Assembly (NCBI GenBank): GCA_018266895.1
Contig: JAFDZQ010000072.1
Coordinates: 3,813 to 67,812, forward strand
From: Bacteroidota bacterium
Lineage (GTDB): Bacteria > Bacteroidota > Ignavibacteria > Tepidaquicellales > Tepidaquicellaceae
DNA length: 64,000 nucleotides
Direction of reading: 5' to 3'
Shown here: positions 9,684 to 17,571 of the stretch, piece after piece
Numbering within the stretch: position 1 is the stretch's first letter
Layout: every line of letters begins with the position of its first letter
The notes under the pieces: generated by a model
Databases searched by the model: none
The model's input: only the letters and a program-made list of their open reading frames with translations
What the model was told of the DNA's origin: nothing
Translations under genes and position numbers: made by a program

Positions 9684-10022
9684 CTATTTTTCCCCGTACC
9701 TGATGATCTTTATTTTTTCTTCAGTGATCAGAGCGCTTCCTATCATATTTGTCTCATCGAAAACTTTTTTAAGCTGTCCGATCTTATCTGCTGTATCGGC
9801 AATTTCTATTACAATCGGAAGGTCGGATGATATATCCAGAAGGTCGGATGATCTTATTACGCTGGCTTTGCCGAAACCCGTAATGCCTCTGAGCACTGTT
9901 ACGCCTGCATAATGATTTTCCCTCAGATATTCCGTAAGGTAATGATAAAGATTTTTTCCCTTAAACTTATCACTTTCGCCTATGAAAATTCGCAGAAGCA
10001 CTGCGTCAGTTTCTTTTTGCAT
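9684..10022 (-). CDS. DUF190 (PII-like) protein, crcB-associated
   Basis: LRIFIGESDK...GVTVLRGITGFG pattern. Lies immediately downstream of crcB. Confidence 0.75.
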   Translation of the reverse strand: MQKETDAVLLRIFIGESDKFKGKNLYHYLTEYLRENHYAGVTVLRGITGFGKASVIRSSDLLDISSDLPIVIEIADTADKIGQLKKVFDETNMIGSALITEEKIKIIRYGEK

Positions 10023-10026
10023 AAAA

Positions 10027-10416
10027 TTATTTGTTAAGTAAAATACTTAATTCCTTCCCGGCATAAACCGCAAGAAGGCAAAGAAAAACATTCAGAAAAA
10101 GATTTAAGAAAGAGTACATAAATTCGGAAAGTTCTGCAAGACGGAAAGATTCATATGCGAATGTCGACATAGTGGTAAAAGCTCCGATGAAACCTATAAT
10201 CATGAAGTCTCTGAATTCAGGAGATATGTTCTTACCGAAAGATACGCTGTAAACAATAAATCCCAGAAGCAAACTTCCTGAAACATTTACAATGAGAGTG
10301 CCGAGAGGGAATGATGAAAAATAATTTCCCACAAACCGTGATATAAGAAATCTCATTACCGCCCCGAGGAATCCTCCGAGACCAATGTAAAGAATTTGAA
10401 TCAAGTTATTAAACAT
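10027..10416 (-). CDS. crcB: fluoride ion channel CrcB/FluC
   Basis: 129-aa four-TM protein with GGFLGAVMRF and GFIGAFTTMSTF motifs. Confidence 0.9.
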   Translation of the reverse strand: MFNNLIQILYIGLGGFLGAVMRFLISRFVGNYFSSFPLGTLIVNVSGSLLLGFIVYSVSFGKNISPEFRDFMIIGFIGAFTTMSTFAYESFRLAELSEFMYSFLNLFLNVFLCLLAVYAGKELSILLNK

Positions 10417-10428
10417 AAATTTATTTAA

Positions 10429-10476
10429 CGTAAATTAACAATCTCCGGAGAATAGATGAAGTGAATTATCACTGAT
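10429..10476 (-). promoter_or_regulatory. possible degenerate fluoride-riboswitch-like leader (very tentative)
   Basis: Minus-strand RNA is AUCAGUGAUAAUUCACUUCAUCUAUUCUCCGGAGAUUGUUAAUUUACG, ending 12 nt before the crcB AUG. It has a 5' hairpin with a GAU..UUC loop, a central palindrome, and a 3' AAUUUAC tail complementary to the loop. Several positions I remember as invariant in the crcB motif are not matched. Confidence 0.2.
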
Positions 10477-10526
10477 TTAAAAATATTTTTTAAACACGAC
10501 AAAAAAAATTATTTATTAAGAATTAT

Positions 10527-10580
10527 GGCTGATGTGACCCCCATCCGCTCTCGGCGAGGCAAGTCCTCCCATTGCGAGAA
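10527..10580. repeat. GC-rich structured intergenic element
   Basis: Sequence is ggctgatgtgacccccatccgctctcggcgaggcaagtcctcccattgcgagaa, in an otherwise AT-rich spacer. Nested stems are tctcg/cgaga and gagg/cctc. Confidence 0.6.
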
Positions 10581-10604
10581 TGTCTCAAAACAAATAAAAA
10601 GAAT

Positions 10605-10677
10605 TTGCCACAAAGACAAATCGTCACAAAGATTGTTATTTTTTTCTAAGTATCTTTGAGCCTTTGTGGTAAAAATC
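10605..10677. repeat. intergenic palindromic repeat (cacaaag hairpin family), copy 2
   Basis: ttgccacaaagacaaatcgtcacaaagat ... atctttgagcctttgtggtaaaaatc. ccacaaag (10608-10615) pairs with ctttgtgg (10662-10669). The tail is 15/16 identical to the copy at 13653-13668. Confidence 0.75.
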
Positions 10678-10725
10678 ATAATTTCTTCATATGTTTTGTC
10701 GTGTATAAAGAAAAAATATATAAAA

Positions 10726-11184
10726 TCATTCTTCTAATTTTGTCCTGTAAAATTCCATAAAGGTTCGTTTTATTTCATCCCTGACTTCCCTGTATTCATT
10801 CAGAATTTCTTCCCTGCTTCCTTTTGCCTCATAGGGATCAACAAATCCCAGATGAATTGTCTTTTTCACTTTACCTGTAAATACAGGACAGGATTCTTTT
10901 GCATTGTCGCAGACTGTAATAACATAATCGAATGATTCGTTTATGAATTTGCTGACATCTTTCGGAACAGCTTTGCTGACGTCAATACCGATCTCATTCA
11001 TTACTGTAACAGTATTGGGATTTATCTTTGCGGCAGGATTTGTTCCGGCTGAATATACCTCCAGTTCCTTTCCGAATGATCTAAGAAATCCTTCAGCCAT
11101 CTGACTTCTGCAGGAATTGCCGGTACACAGAATAAGTATTTTTTTGCTCAAATCTTTTTGAATTAATTTATTGCAATATAACAA
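10726..11184 (-). CDS. arsC: arsenate reductase, thioredoxin-coupled LMW-PTP type
   Basis: P-loop is LCTGNSCRSQMAEG. Downstream Cys pair lies in VCDNAKESCPVF. Confidence 0.8.
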   Translation of the reverse strand: MLYCNKLIQKDLSKKILILCTGNSCRSQMAEGFLRSFGKELEVYSAGTNPAAKINPNTVTVMNEIGIDVSKAVPKDVSKFINESFDYVITVCDNAKESCPVFTGKVKKTIHLGFVDPYEAKGSREEILNEYREVRDEIKRTFMEFYRTKLEE

Positions 11185-11221
11185 AAATCAAAATTAATCT
11201 GTTTTATGTTTTCATTAAATA

Positions 11222-12553
11222 TTATTTCAACAATGCCATTCTCTTTGTCACTGCAAAATTTCCCGTTTCTAATTTATAAAAATAAATCCCGCTTGCAACT
11301 CCTTCTCCGTTAAACTCAACAGAATAGCTTCCTGCATTTTGTTTTTCGTTGACTAATGTTGCTACTTCTTTACCCAATACGTCAAATACTTTAATCTTCA
11401 CAAAATTCGTAATTGCCCCGCCTTGTGGCGAGGCAGGCAATTCGTAATTGATAATTGTTTTTGGGTTGAATGGGTTTGGGAAGTTTTGGGAAAGGGAGAA
11501 TTTGTCAATAATATTCTGATTACCTGAATTTTTAACGCTAACTAATCCTCCATTGATTGTTTTCAATATTCTTCTGTTATCACAAAGTATATAACCTGTC
11601 AAAGAATTCAGGAAAAACGGCTGAGTGAAATTCGAATTATATATAAAATTTGTGTCCCAATTAACGCCTCCGCTTGTAGATTTATAAATTTTATTTGACT
11701 TGAAAATCCATCCCGTATCAAATGATGTAAAATAGTTTTTCTGTACATTCTTTGTAACAGTAGTATCCAGAATATACCAATCAGCTCCTTCATTTTCAGT
11801 TTTCATTAAACCAAGTTTGGAAGAAAGATAAGCAACCGAATCATTTACAAATCTGATATTAAAAAACTTATTATGTGAAGGAGGTTCATTCCACAGTACT
11901 GCCGAATCATGCATTACTATTTGCCAGTTTATGCCGTAATTCGTTGTATATCCTAATCTGTTGACATATGTACCAACGTCATCACCGTAACTTGCAGAAA
12001 TCCAGATTCTGTCATTGTTTTTACAAACAGACTTTACTCCTGAATTGCGAAAAAAATCAAAATAAGGCAATGAATTAAAATTTATCGGATTTAAAGGAGA
12101 ATATGATACACCTCCGGTTGTTTCAAAACCGAATACGCCGTCTATGGAAAGGAAAAATTCAGAACTGTCAATATAGAAATCAGTTATAAAATTGCTGCCT
12201 TGCTGAATTTGAACCCAGTTTAACCCCTGATTAGTTGTAAGAAAAATAACAAACCAATAACCTGCTTCTGAAGGCATTGGGACGGTAGTGAGTAATCCTC
12301 TTTGATTATCGATAAAATAGATATTCTCAAAATTTCCTATTCCCGGACTATTACCCGGGAGCCATATGTTTCCTCCGTCGGTTGTTTTAAAAATTGATCC
12401 GTTGCTTCCGCAGACAAAACCTGTATTTGAATCAATGAAATAAATACTTCTGAGAACATTATCTGTGATTACAGGCGATTCAATCCAACCAGGAATAGAA
12501 AATGACAGATTTGACTGCAAAATCAAACATGAAATTAAAATAAATTTTTTCAT
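11222..12553 (-). CDS. T9SS C-terminal-sorting-domain protein with BNR/Ycf48-like beta-propeller repeats
   Basis: Signal peptide present. Repeated T.DGG.NW / TNQGLNW / TNYGINW / GGVNW motifs. CTD is QNFPNPFNPKTIINYELP...GIYFYKLE. Confidence 0.8.
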   Translation of the reverse strand: MKKFILISCLILQSNLSFSIPGWIESPVITDNVLRSIYFIDSNTGFVCGSNGSIFKTTDGGNIWLPGNSPGIGNFENIYFIDNQRGLLTTVPMPSEAGYWFVIFLTTNQGLNWVQIQQGSNFITDFYIDSSEFFLSIDGVFGFETTGGVSYSPLNPINFNSLPYFDFFRNSGVKSVCKNNDRIWISASYGDDVGTYVNRLGYTTNYGINWQIVMHDSAVLWNEPPSHNKFFNIRFVNDSVAYLSSKLGLMKTENEGADWYILDTTVTKNVQKNYFTSFDTGWIFKSNKIYKSTSGGVNWDTNFIYNSNFTQPFFLNSLTGYILCDNRRILKTINGGLVSVKNSGNQNIIDKFSLSQNFPNPFNPKTIINYELPASPQGGAITNFVKIKVFDVLGKEVATLVNEKQNAGSYSVEFNGEGVASGIYFYKLETGNFAVTKRMALLK

Positions 12554-12569
12554 ATAATTCTATTTGAAA

Positions 12570-12600
12570 GTAAAAAAATTATTAAAGGACAAATGTCCTT
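12570..12600 (-). terminator. putative intrinsic terminator after the upstream T9SS cargo gene
   Basis: Stem aaggaca/tgtcctt (12585-12600) overlaps the stop codon. On the minus strand it is followed by a U-run (plus-strand A7 at 12572-12578). Confidence 0.45.
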
Positions 12601-13495
12601 ATTTAAGCAATACCATCCTCTTCGTCTCAGTAAAATCTCCCGCTTCAAGTTTATAAAAATAAATCCCGCTCGGAAGCCCTTCGCCGCTGAATTCAACTGA
12701 ATACCTTCCGGGATCTTGTTTTTCATTTACTAAAGTTACGACTTCTATACCCAAAGCATCATAGACTTTCAAACTCACAACATTGTTAATTGCTAATTGA
12801 TAATTGATAATTGTCAAAGGGTTGAACGGGTTTGGGAAATTTTGTTTAAGTGAAAAATATTCGGGAATTGGATTACCGAACTGCTCTATACTTGTAAGAT
12901 TTGTATCTCCGTAAACTATGCCGTCAATCCGGCAGCCGATAAGATTCGTAAAAGCAGTGCAGGGCGGAGGATCCCCGCTGCAGTAACCTATTACTCCGAA
13001 ATTTTTTGCATATGTAATGGTTGCAACGAACAGACCGTAGTGATCAAAATCCTTTGTGTCTGAAATAATTCCGAACACATTCTGCGTACCGGTGGAAACG
13101 CAGCGCCTTGTCTGAATATTCTCATAAATACAAGTTATCTGATTTCCGGGGGACGATGCAAGACTGTCAATTATCTTGTCATTGGCATAAGAACCGCAAC
13201 CGTTTCCGGGTGAATAAGCAAGAAGGTTTCCATTGACGGAATCAATTCTTATAAAACTTAACGAATAATACTTGTAAAATTTGAAATAAGTTATTCCGTT
13301 TATGGAAGTGTCTTTCTCTATATAATCTTTATGGAATACAGGAGGGAATGGTATAGGAGAAGATGTTGTCTTGTAATACCAGGTGTTTCCTGCCTTAAGC
13401 GGAAAATATTTTACGGAAACAGTATCAGCAGGAAAAACTTCTGATGAAAGTATTAATGCAAATATAAAAAAGCAAATTTTCATTTTTGCCTCCAT
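12599..13495 (-). CDS. T9SS C-terminal-sorting-domain protein (hypothetical cargo)
   Basis: Signal peptide present. CTD is QNFPNPFNPLTIINYQL...GIYFYKLE, paralogous to the CTD of the neighbouring gene. Confidence 0.75.
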   Translation of the reverse strand: MEAKMKICFFIFALILSSEVFPADTVSVKYFPLKAGNTWYYKTTSSPIPFPPVFHKDYIEKDTSINGITYFKFYKYYSLSFIRIDSVNGNLLAYSPGNGCGSYANDKIIDSLASSPGNQITCIYENIQTRRCVSTGTQNVFGIISDTKDFDHYGLFVATITYAKNFGVIGYCSGDPPPCTAFTNLIGCRIDGIVYGDTNLTSIEQFGNPIPEYFSLKQNFPNPFNPLTIINYQLAINNVVSLKVYDALGIEVVTLVNEKQDPGRYSVEFSGEGLPSGIYFYKLEAGDFTETKRMVLLK

Positions 13496-13588
13496 GTTTT
13501 TTTTAAAGTAAGCATAAAATTCTATGGTTACAGTTCAATAATTAATCTTACCTGAGATGATTGTCAGACAGGATAAAAAATAAAAGTT

Positions 13589-13668
13589 ACCACTAAAACC
13601 CGAAGTCACAAAGGGTACTGTCTTTAAAATTTATTCCTTAGTGTCTTGGAGACTTTGTGGCAAAAATC
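13589..13668. repeat. intergenic palindromic repeat (cacaaag hairpin family), copy 3
   Basis: accactaaaacccgaagtcacaaaggg ... ccttagtgtcttggagactttgtggcaaaaatc. Same orientation and tail as copy 2. Confidence 0.75.
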
Positions 13669-13755
13669 TTTGTATAAAGTGCGGAAGTCTAAATTTATTC
13701 AGAAATGTATTGTAATAGAAAGCAGTCATTTTTATATTGTAAACTTATATAATTT

Positions 13756-15474
13756 ATGAGACTTACAAAATTTTTTCTTCCTACATTAAAAGATGATCCG
13801 GTAGATGCGGTAACTGCTTCGCATAAACTGATGATCCGAGCAGGAATGATCAGACAGCTTACTTCAGGAGTTTATTCTTCGCTTCCTTTCGGGCTGATAG
13901 TTTTCAGAAAAGTGGAAAACATAATCAGAGAGGAAATGAATGCTATAGGCGGAAACGAATTTCTTCTTCCGGCTATTTCTCCTGCAGAACTCTGGGCTGA
14001 AACGGGAAGACTTGAAGATTACGGTGATCTGATGTTCAGAATAAAGAACAGAGAGCTTGTACTTTGTCCGACTCATGAAGAAGTATTTACTTCGATCGCA
14101 AAACCCAATCTCATTTCATACAAAGATCTGCCTCAGGTATGGTATCAGATACAGTCAAAATTCAGAAATGAAGAACGTCCGAGAGCAGGTGTGCTCAGGG
14201 GACGTCAGTTCACAATGAAAGATGCATATTCATTTGACTCTTCATGGGAAGCATTGGACAGATCATATAATGATATGGCAAAAGCATACAGGAATATTTT
14301 CACAAGATGCGGACTGGATTTTACAGTTGTGTCTGCACACAGCGGTGCAATGGGCGGAAGCGATTCGGAAGAATTCATGGTGCCGGCAGGAGCAGGAGAA
14401 GACAATATTGTTATAAGCGAAGACGGAAGTTATGCATCGAACCTGGAAGTAGCTGTTTCATACAAAGAAAAAGTTGATAGGAAAAATTCTGATCTGGCAG
14501 CAGAAGAATTTCATACACCTGATATTAAAACCATTGACGAGCTTGCAGATTTCACAGGGACAAAGGATAAATCGCATTTAGCAAAGTCGAGAGTTTTTGT
14601 AAACGCGGGAAAAGACGGAAATGAATATGTGCTGACATTAGTTTGCGGCGATGATGAAGTGAATGAAATGAAGCTTCAGAATTATTTTGGCATTAACATC
14701 CGTTCCGCTCATAATGAAGAACTAATGGAAATTACAGGAGCAGATGCCGGTTCGATCGGACCTGTAGGATTAAAAAATAAAAACATCAGAATTATTGCGG
14801 ATCTTCTTCTTGAAGATGCGGACGAACTTGTCAGCGGCGCAAATAAAAATGATTATCACTTGAAAAACATTGATCTTAAGCGCGATGTAAAAGGAATTGA
14901 GTACAAAGACCTTAGAATTGTAAAAGAAGGTGAAGAGACTTCTGACAGAAAAAGCAAAATTAAAATTACCAGAGCGATCGAGGTCGGTCATATATTCAAA
15001 CTCGGAACAAAATATGCTGAATCTCTTGGAGCGACTTTCTTAGATGCAGAAGGCAAAGAGAATCCGGTAATAATGGGAAGTTATGGTATCGGTGTGGAAA
15101 GAACTGCTGCTTCATACATTGAGCAGAACAACGACGATAAAGGAATTATCTGGAAAGGTGAACTGGCTCCGTTTAAAGTAATTCTGATAAGTCTCGGAGG
15201 AAAATCCGATGAAGTAAAGAATATTTCGGAAGAACTTTACGGACAGCTTAGCAATGAAAAGAAAATTGAGACATTATATGATGACAGGGAAGGTGTAAGA
15301 CCCGGAGTGAAATTCAATGATGCTGATCTGATAGGAATTCCCGTACAGCTTATCATCGGGGAAAAGAATCTTAAAGAAGGCAATGTTGAAATCAAAAAAA
15401 GAAGAACAGGAGAGAGATTTATAATCAGGAAGGAAGATGCACTGAATAAAGTGATGGAACTCATAAAGGATTAG
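13756..15474 (+). CDS. proS: proline--tRNA ligase (bacterial type with INS editing domain)
   Basis: 572 aa with class II motifs (FRNEERPRAGVLRGRQFTMKDAYSF; GSYGIGVERT). Confidence 0.95.
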   Translation: MRLTKFFLPTLKDDPVDAVTASHKLMIRAGMIRQLTSGVYSSLPFGLIVFRKVENIIREEMNAIGGNEFLLPAISPAELWAETGRLEDYGDLMFRIKNRELVLCPTHEEVFTSIAKPNLISYKDLPQVWYQIQSKFRNEERPRAGVLRGRQFTMKDAYSFDSSWEALDRSYNDMAKAYRNIFTRCGLDFTVVSAHSGAMGGSDSEEFMVPAGAGEDNIVISEDGSYASNLEVAVSYKEKVDRKNSDLAAEEFHTPDIKTIDELADFTGTKDKSHLAKSRVFVNAGKDGNEYVLTLVCGDDEVNEMKLQNYFGINIRSAHNEELMEITGADAGSIGPVGLKNKNIRIIADLLLEDADELVSGANKNDYHLKNIDLKRDVKGIEYKDLRIVKEGEETSDRKSKIKITRAIEVGHIFKLGTKYAESLGATFLDAEGKENPVIMGSYGIGVERTAASYIEQNNDDKGIIWKGELAPFKVILISLGGKSDEVKNISEELYGQLSNEKKIETLYDDREGVRPGVKFNDADLIGIPVQLIIGEKNLKEGNVEIKKRRTGERFIIRKEDALNKVMELIKD

Positions 15475-15475
15475 A

Positions 15476-16066
15476 TTGATAAGTCTAAAAACAATACTCG
15501 GACAGAAATATATACTAGCGTCAAAATCTCCGCGTAGGAAGAAGCTATTGAAACAGATAGGTTTAAATGCGGTTTCAGTTGACAGCGGAGCATTAGAACT
15601 TGAACTCAGAGATCACAATCCGGTTCATCTTGTCAGGCATAATTCTGTTTTGAAATCAGGAACAGTCGCCGGAAAATACAAAAAGGAGATCGTGATCGGG
15701 GCAGATACGATAGTACTTCTCGGAAAGGAAATACTGAACAAGCCAAAAGATATGAAACAGGCAAAAGAATATCTGAAAGCGCTCAGCGGAAATAGGCATT
15801 ATGTTTATACCGGAATAAATGTGATCAACACAACAAACGGAAATGAAAAATTTGCATACGAAAAAACCTCTGTATACTTCAGGAAGCTTCATAAAGATGA
15901 AATAGATTATTATGTTCATAAGTTCAGACCGCTTGACAAAGCGGGAGCATACGGAATACAGGATGACTTTGGATGCCTGTTCATAGAAAAGATAAAAGGC
16001 GATTATTACAATATTGTCGGATTGCCTCTTGTAAAACTTTACGAAACAATACAAAAAGTATTTTAA
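15476..16066 (+). CDS. maf: Maf family nucleoside triphosphate pyrophosphatase
   Basis: ILASKSPRRKKLL and KAGAYGIQD motifs. TTG start 1 nt after the proS stop. Confidence 0.85.
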   Translation: MISLKTILGQKYILASKSPRRKKLLKQIGLNAVSVDSGALELELRDHNPVHLVRHNSVLKSGTVAGKYKKEIVIGADTIVLLGKEILNKPKDMKQAKEYLKALSGNRHYVYTGINVINTTNGNEKFAYEKTSVYFRKLHKDEIDYYVHKFRPLDKAGAYGIQDDFGCLFIEKIKGDYYNIVGLPLVKLYETIQKVF

Positions 16067-17050
16067 TTGTTCTCAAAGAATAAGAAGAAAATATTAATAT
16101 CGGTTGCATTCGGAGCATTAGTCTTTCTCGGATTCAGCATTTATGCCGACTTTGATAATCTGATAAGGACATTCGGAGAATTCAGCTGGATATATTTTCC
16201 TCTTATACTTGCATTATCATTCGGCAATTACATAATCCGATATTACAAATGGGAATATTACAGAAAGCTGCTTAATATTGATCTAAAGCCCAAAGCAAGT
16301 TTTCTGATCTTCATGGCGACATTCGTAATGAGCGTTACCCCGGGCAAGATGGGAGAGCTTCTGAAATCATATCTCGTAAGGGAGGAGAACGGAACACCGA
16401 TCAGCAGGTCAGCACCGATCATTCTGGCTGAGAGACTCACAGATTTTATATCAGTTGTATTGCTTTGCATAGCCGGAGCTTTTGTTTTTAATTACGGAAA
16501 GGGAATTATCATAGGTGTCGGATTATTCTTTATTTCCGGAGTGATGTTAATAAGTTCGAGAAAGCTTTCAATGAAAGTCATTTCATATCTTGAGAAAGTG
16601 AAATTATTAAGCAGGTTCGCACATAAATTCCACGAAGCATATGAAAGCATTTATACTCTTGTAAAAATAAAACCGCTGATAATTGCAACGGTAGTCAGTG
16701 CGGCAGCCTGGTTCTGTGAATGCCTTGGTTTGTATGTTATACTCAGAGTTTATTCGTCTATCTCGCACATTAATGTAAGCCTTATGAGTGCAGTATTTAT
16801 TTACGGTTTTTCCACAATAGTCGGTTCGATAGCAATGCTTCCGGGAGGTCTCGGAGTGACTGAAGCATCGCTGACGGGACTGATGGTTTTAATGAAGATC
16901 CCGAAAGATGTTTCCGTAGCTTCTACATTTATAATAAGAGTTGCCACGCTCTGGTTTGCAGTTCTGATCGGAGTAATAGCAGTTTACTTTTATCAGAAAT
17001 ATTCACACAAAGATCTTGATAAACTTGAAATAAGTAAAGCGGAAACTTAA
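16067..17050 (+). CDS. flippase-like (UPF0104 / lysylphosphatidylglycerol-synthase TM region) membrane protein
   Basis: About 8 TM helices with PGKMGELLK and LPGGLGVTE motifs. TTG start abuts the maf stop. Confidence 0.65.
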   Translation: MFSKNKKKILISVAFGALVFLGFSIYADFDNLIRTFGEFSWIYFPLILALSFGNYIIRYYKWEYYRKLLNIDLKPKASFLIFMATFVMSVTPGKMGELLKSYLVREENGTPISRSAPIILAERLTDFISVVLLCIAGAFVFNYGKGIIIGVGLFFISGVMLISSRKLSMKVISYLEKVKLLSRFAHKFHEAYESIYTLVKIKPLIIATVVSAAAWFCECLGLYVILRVYSSISHINVSLMSAVFIYGFSTIVGSIAMLPGGLGVTEASLTGLMVLMKIPKDVSVASTFIIRVATLWFAVLIGVIAVYFYQKYSHKDLDKLEISKAET

Positions 17051-17097
17051 AAATACCTTGAAGTAAATCAGTATTTGGATTAAATTTGTAAAACAAT

Positions 17098-17532
17098 ATG
17101 TCAGACAATCAATCGCAGGATAAAAAAATAAGAGTTCTTATCGGGAAAGTCGGGCTTGACGGTCACGACAGAGGCGCTAAAGTCATAGCAGCAGCATTCA
17201 GGGATGCCGGGATAGAAGTTATTTACACGGGATTAAGGCAGACACCTGAAACTATTGTTGAAGCGGCATTGCAGGAAGACGTTGATGCAATCGGGATAAG
17301 CATACTGAGCGGAGCTCATATGACAATTTTCCCTAAGGTAAAAAAGTTAATGGATGATAAAGGACTTACAGATGTGCTTTTATTCGGAGGAGGAATCATA
17401 CCTGAAGCTGACATAGATGAATTAAAAAAACTCGGAATCGGACAGTTATTCACACCCGGAACGCCTACCTTTGAAACAATCAATTACGTCAAAAACTGGG
17501 TTTTGCAAAATAAAGAGAGGGAAAACCTATAA
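17098..17532 (+). CDS. stand-alone cobalamin (B12)-binding domain protein (methylmalonyl-CoA mutase C-terminal-domain type)
   Basis: DxHxxG motif in [13 protein letters not shown]. Also SILSGAH and GGGIIP. Confidence 0.85.
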   Translation: MSDNQSQDKKIRVLIGKVGLDGHDRGAKVIAAAFRDAGIEVIYTGLRQTPETIVEAALQEDVDAIGISILSGAHMTIFPKVKKLMDDKGLTDVLLFGGGIIPEADIDELKKLGIGQLFTPGTPTFETINYVKNWVLQNKERENL

Positions 17533-17571
17533 TTCTTTTCTACTTTTTAAAAATCTAAAATATTCATTTAA

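Noticed and set aside
9682-9684. Convergent ppa and DUF190 genes whose stop codons are separated by a single nucleotide, leaving no room for terminators.
   Set aside because: This is a real observation but probably just reflects compact genome organisation. No structure or motif is associated with it. Transcriptional interference cannot be assessed from sequence alone.
10555-10570. cgaggcaagtcctccc, reminiscent of the GAGGAAAGUCC box of RNase P RNA.
   Set aside because: The GC-rich patch is only about 55 nt long and is surrounded by AT-rich DNA. There is no room for the 300-400-nt RNase P structure. It is better explained as a small REP-like element.
11406-11450. The 10-bp direct repeat ttcgtaattg flanking the GC-rich insertion in the T9SS CTD, which looks like a target-site duplication.
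   Set aside because: The paralogous CTD without the insertion already contains a similar internal near-repeat (aattatcaatta / gcaattaacaat), arising from the INY.L/AIN coding sequence. Insert plus one repeat copy would be 35 nt (not a multiple of 3), whereas the real length difference is 21 nt. A transposition-type TSD is therefore not supported.
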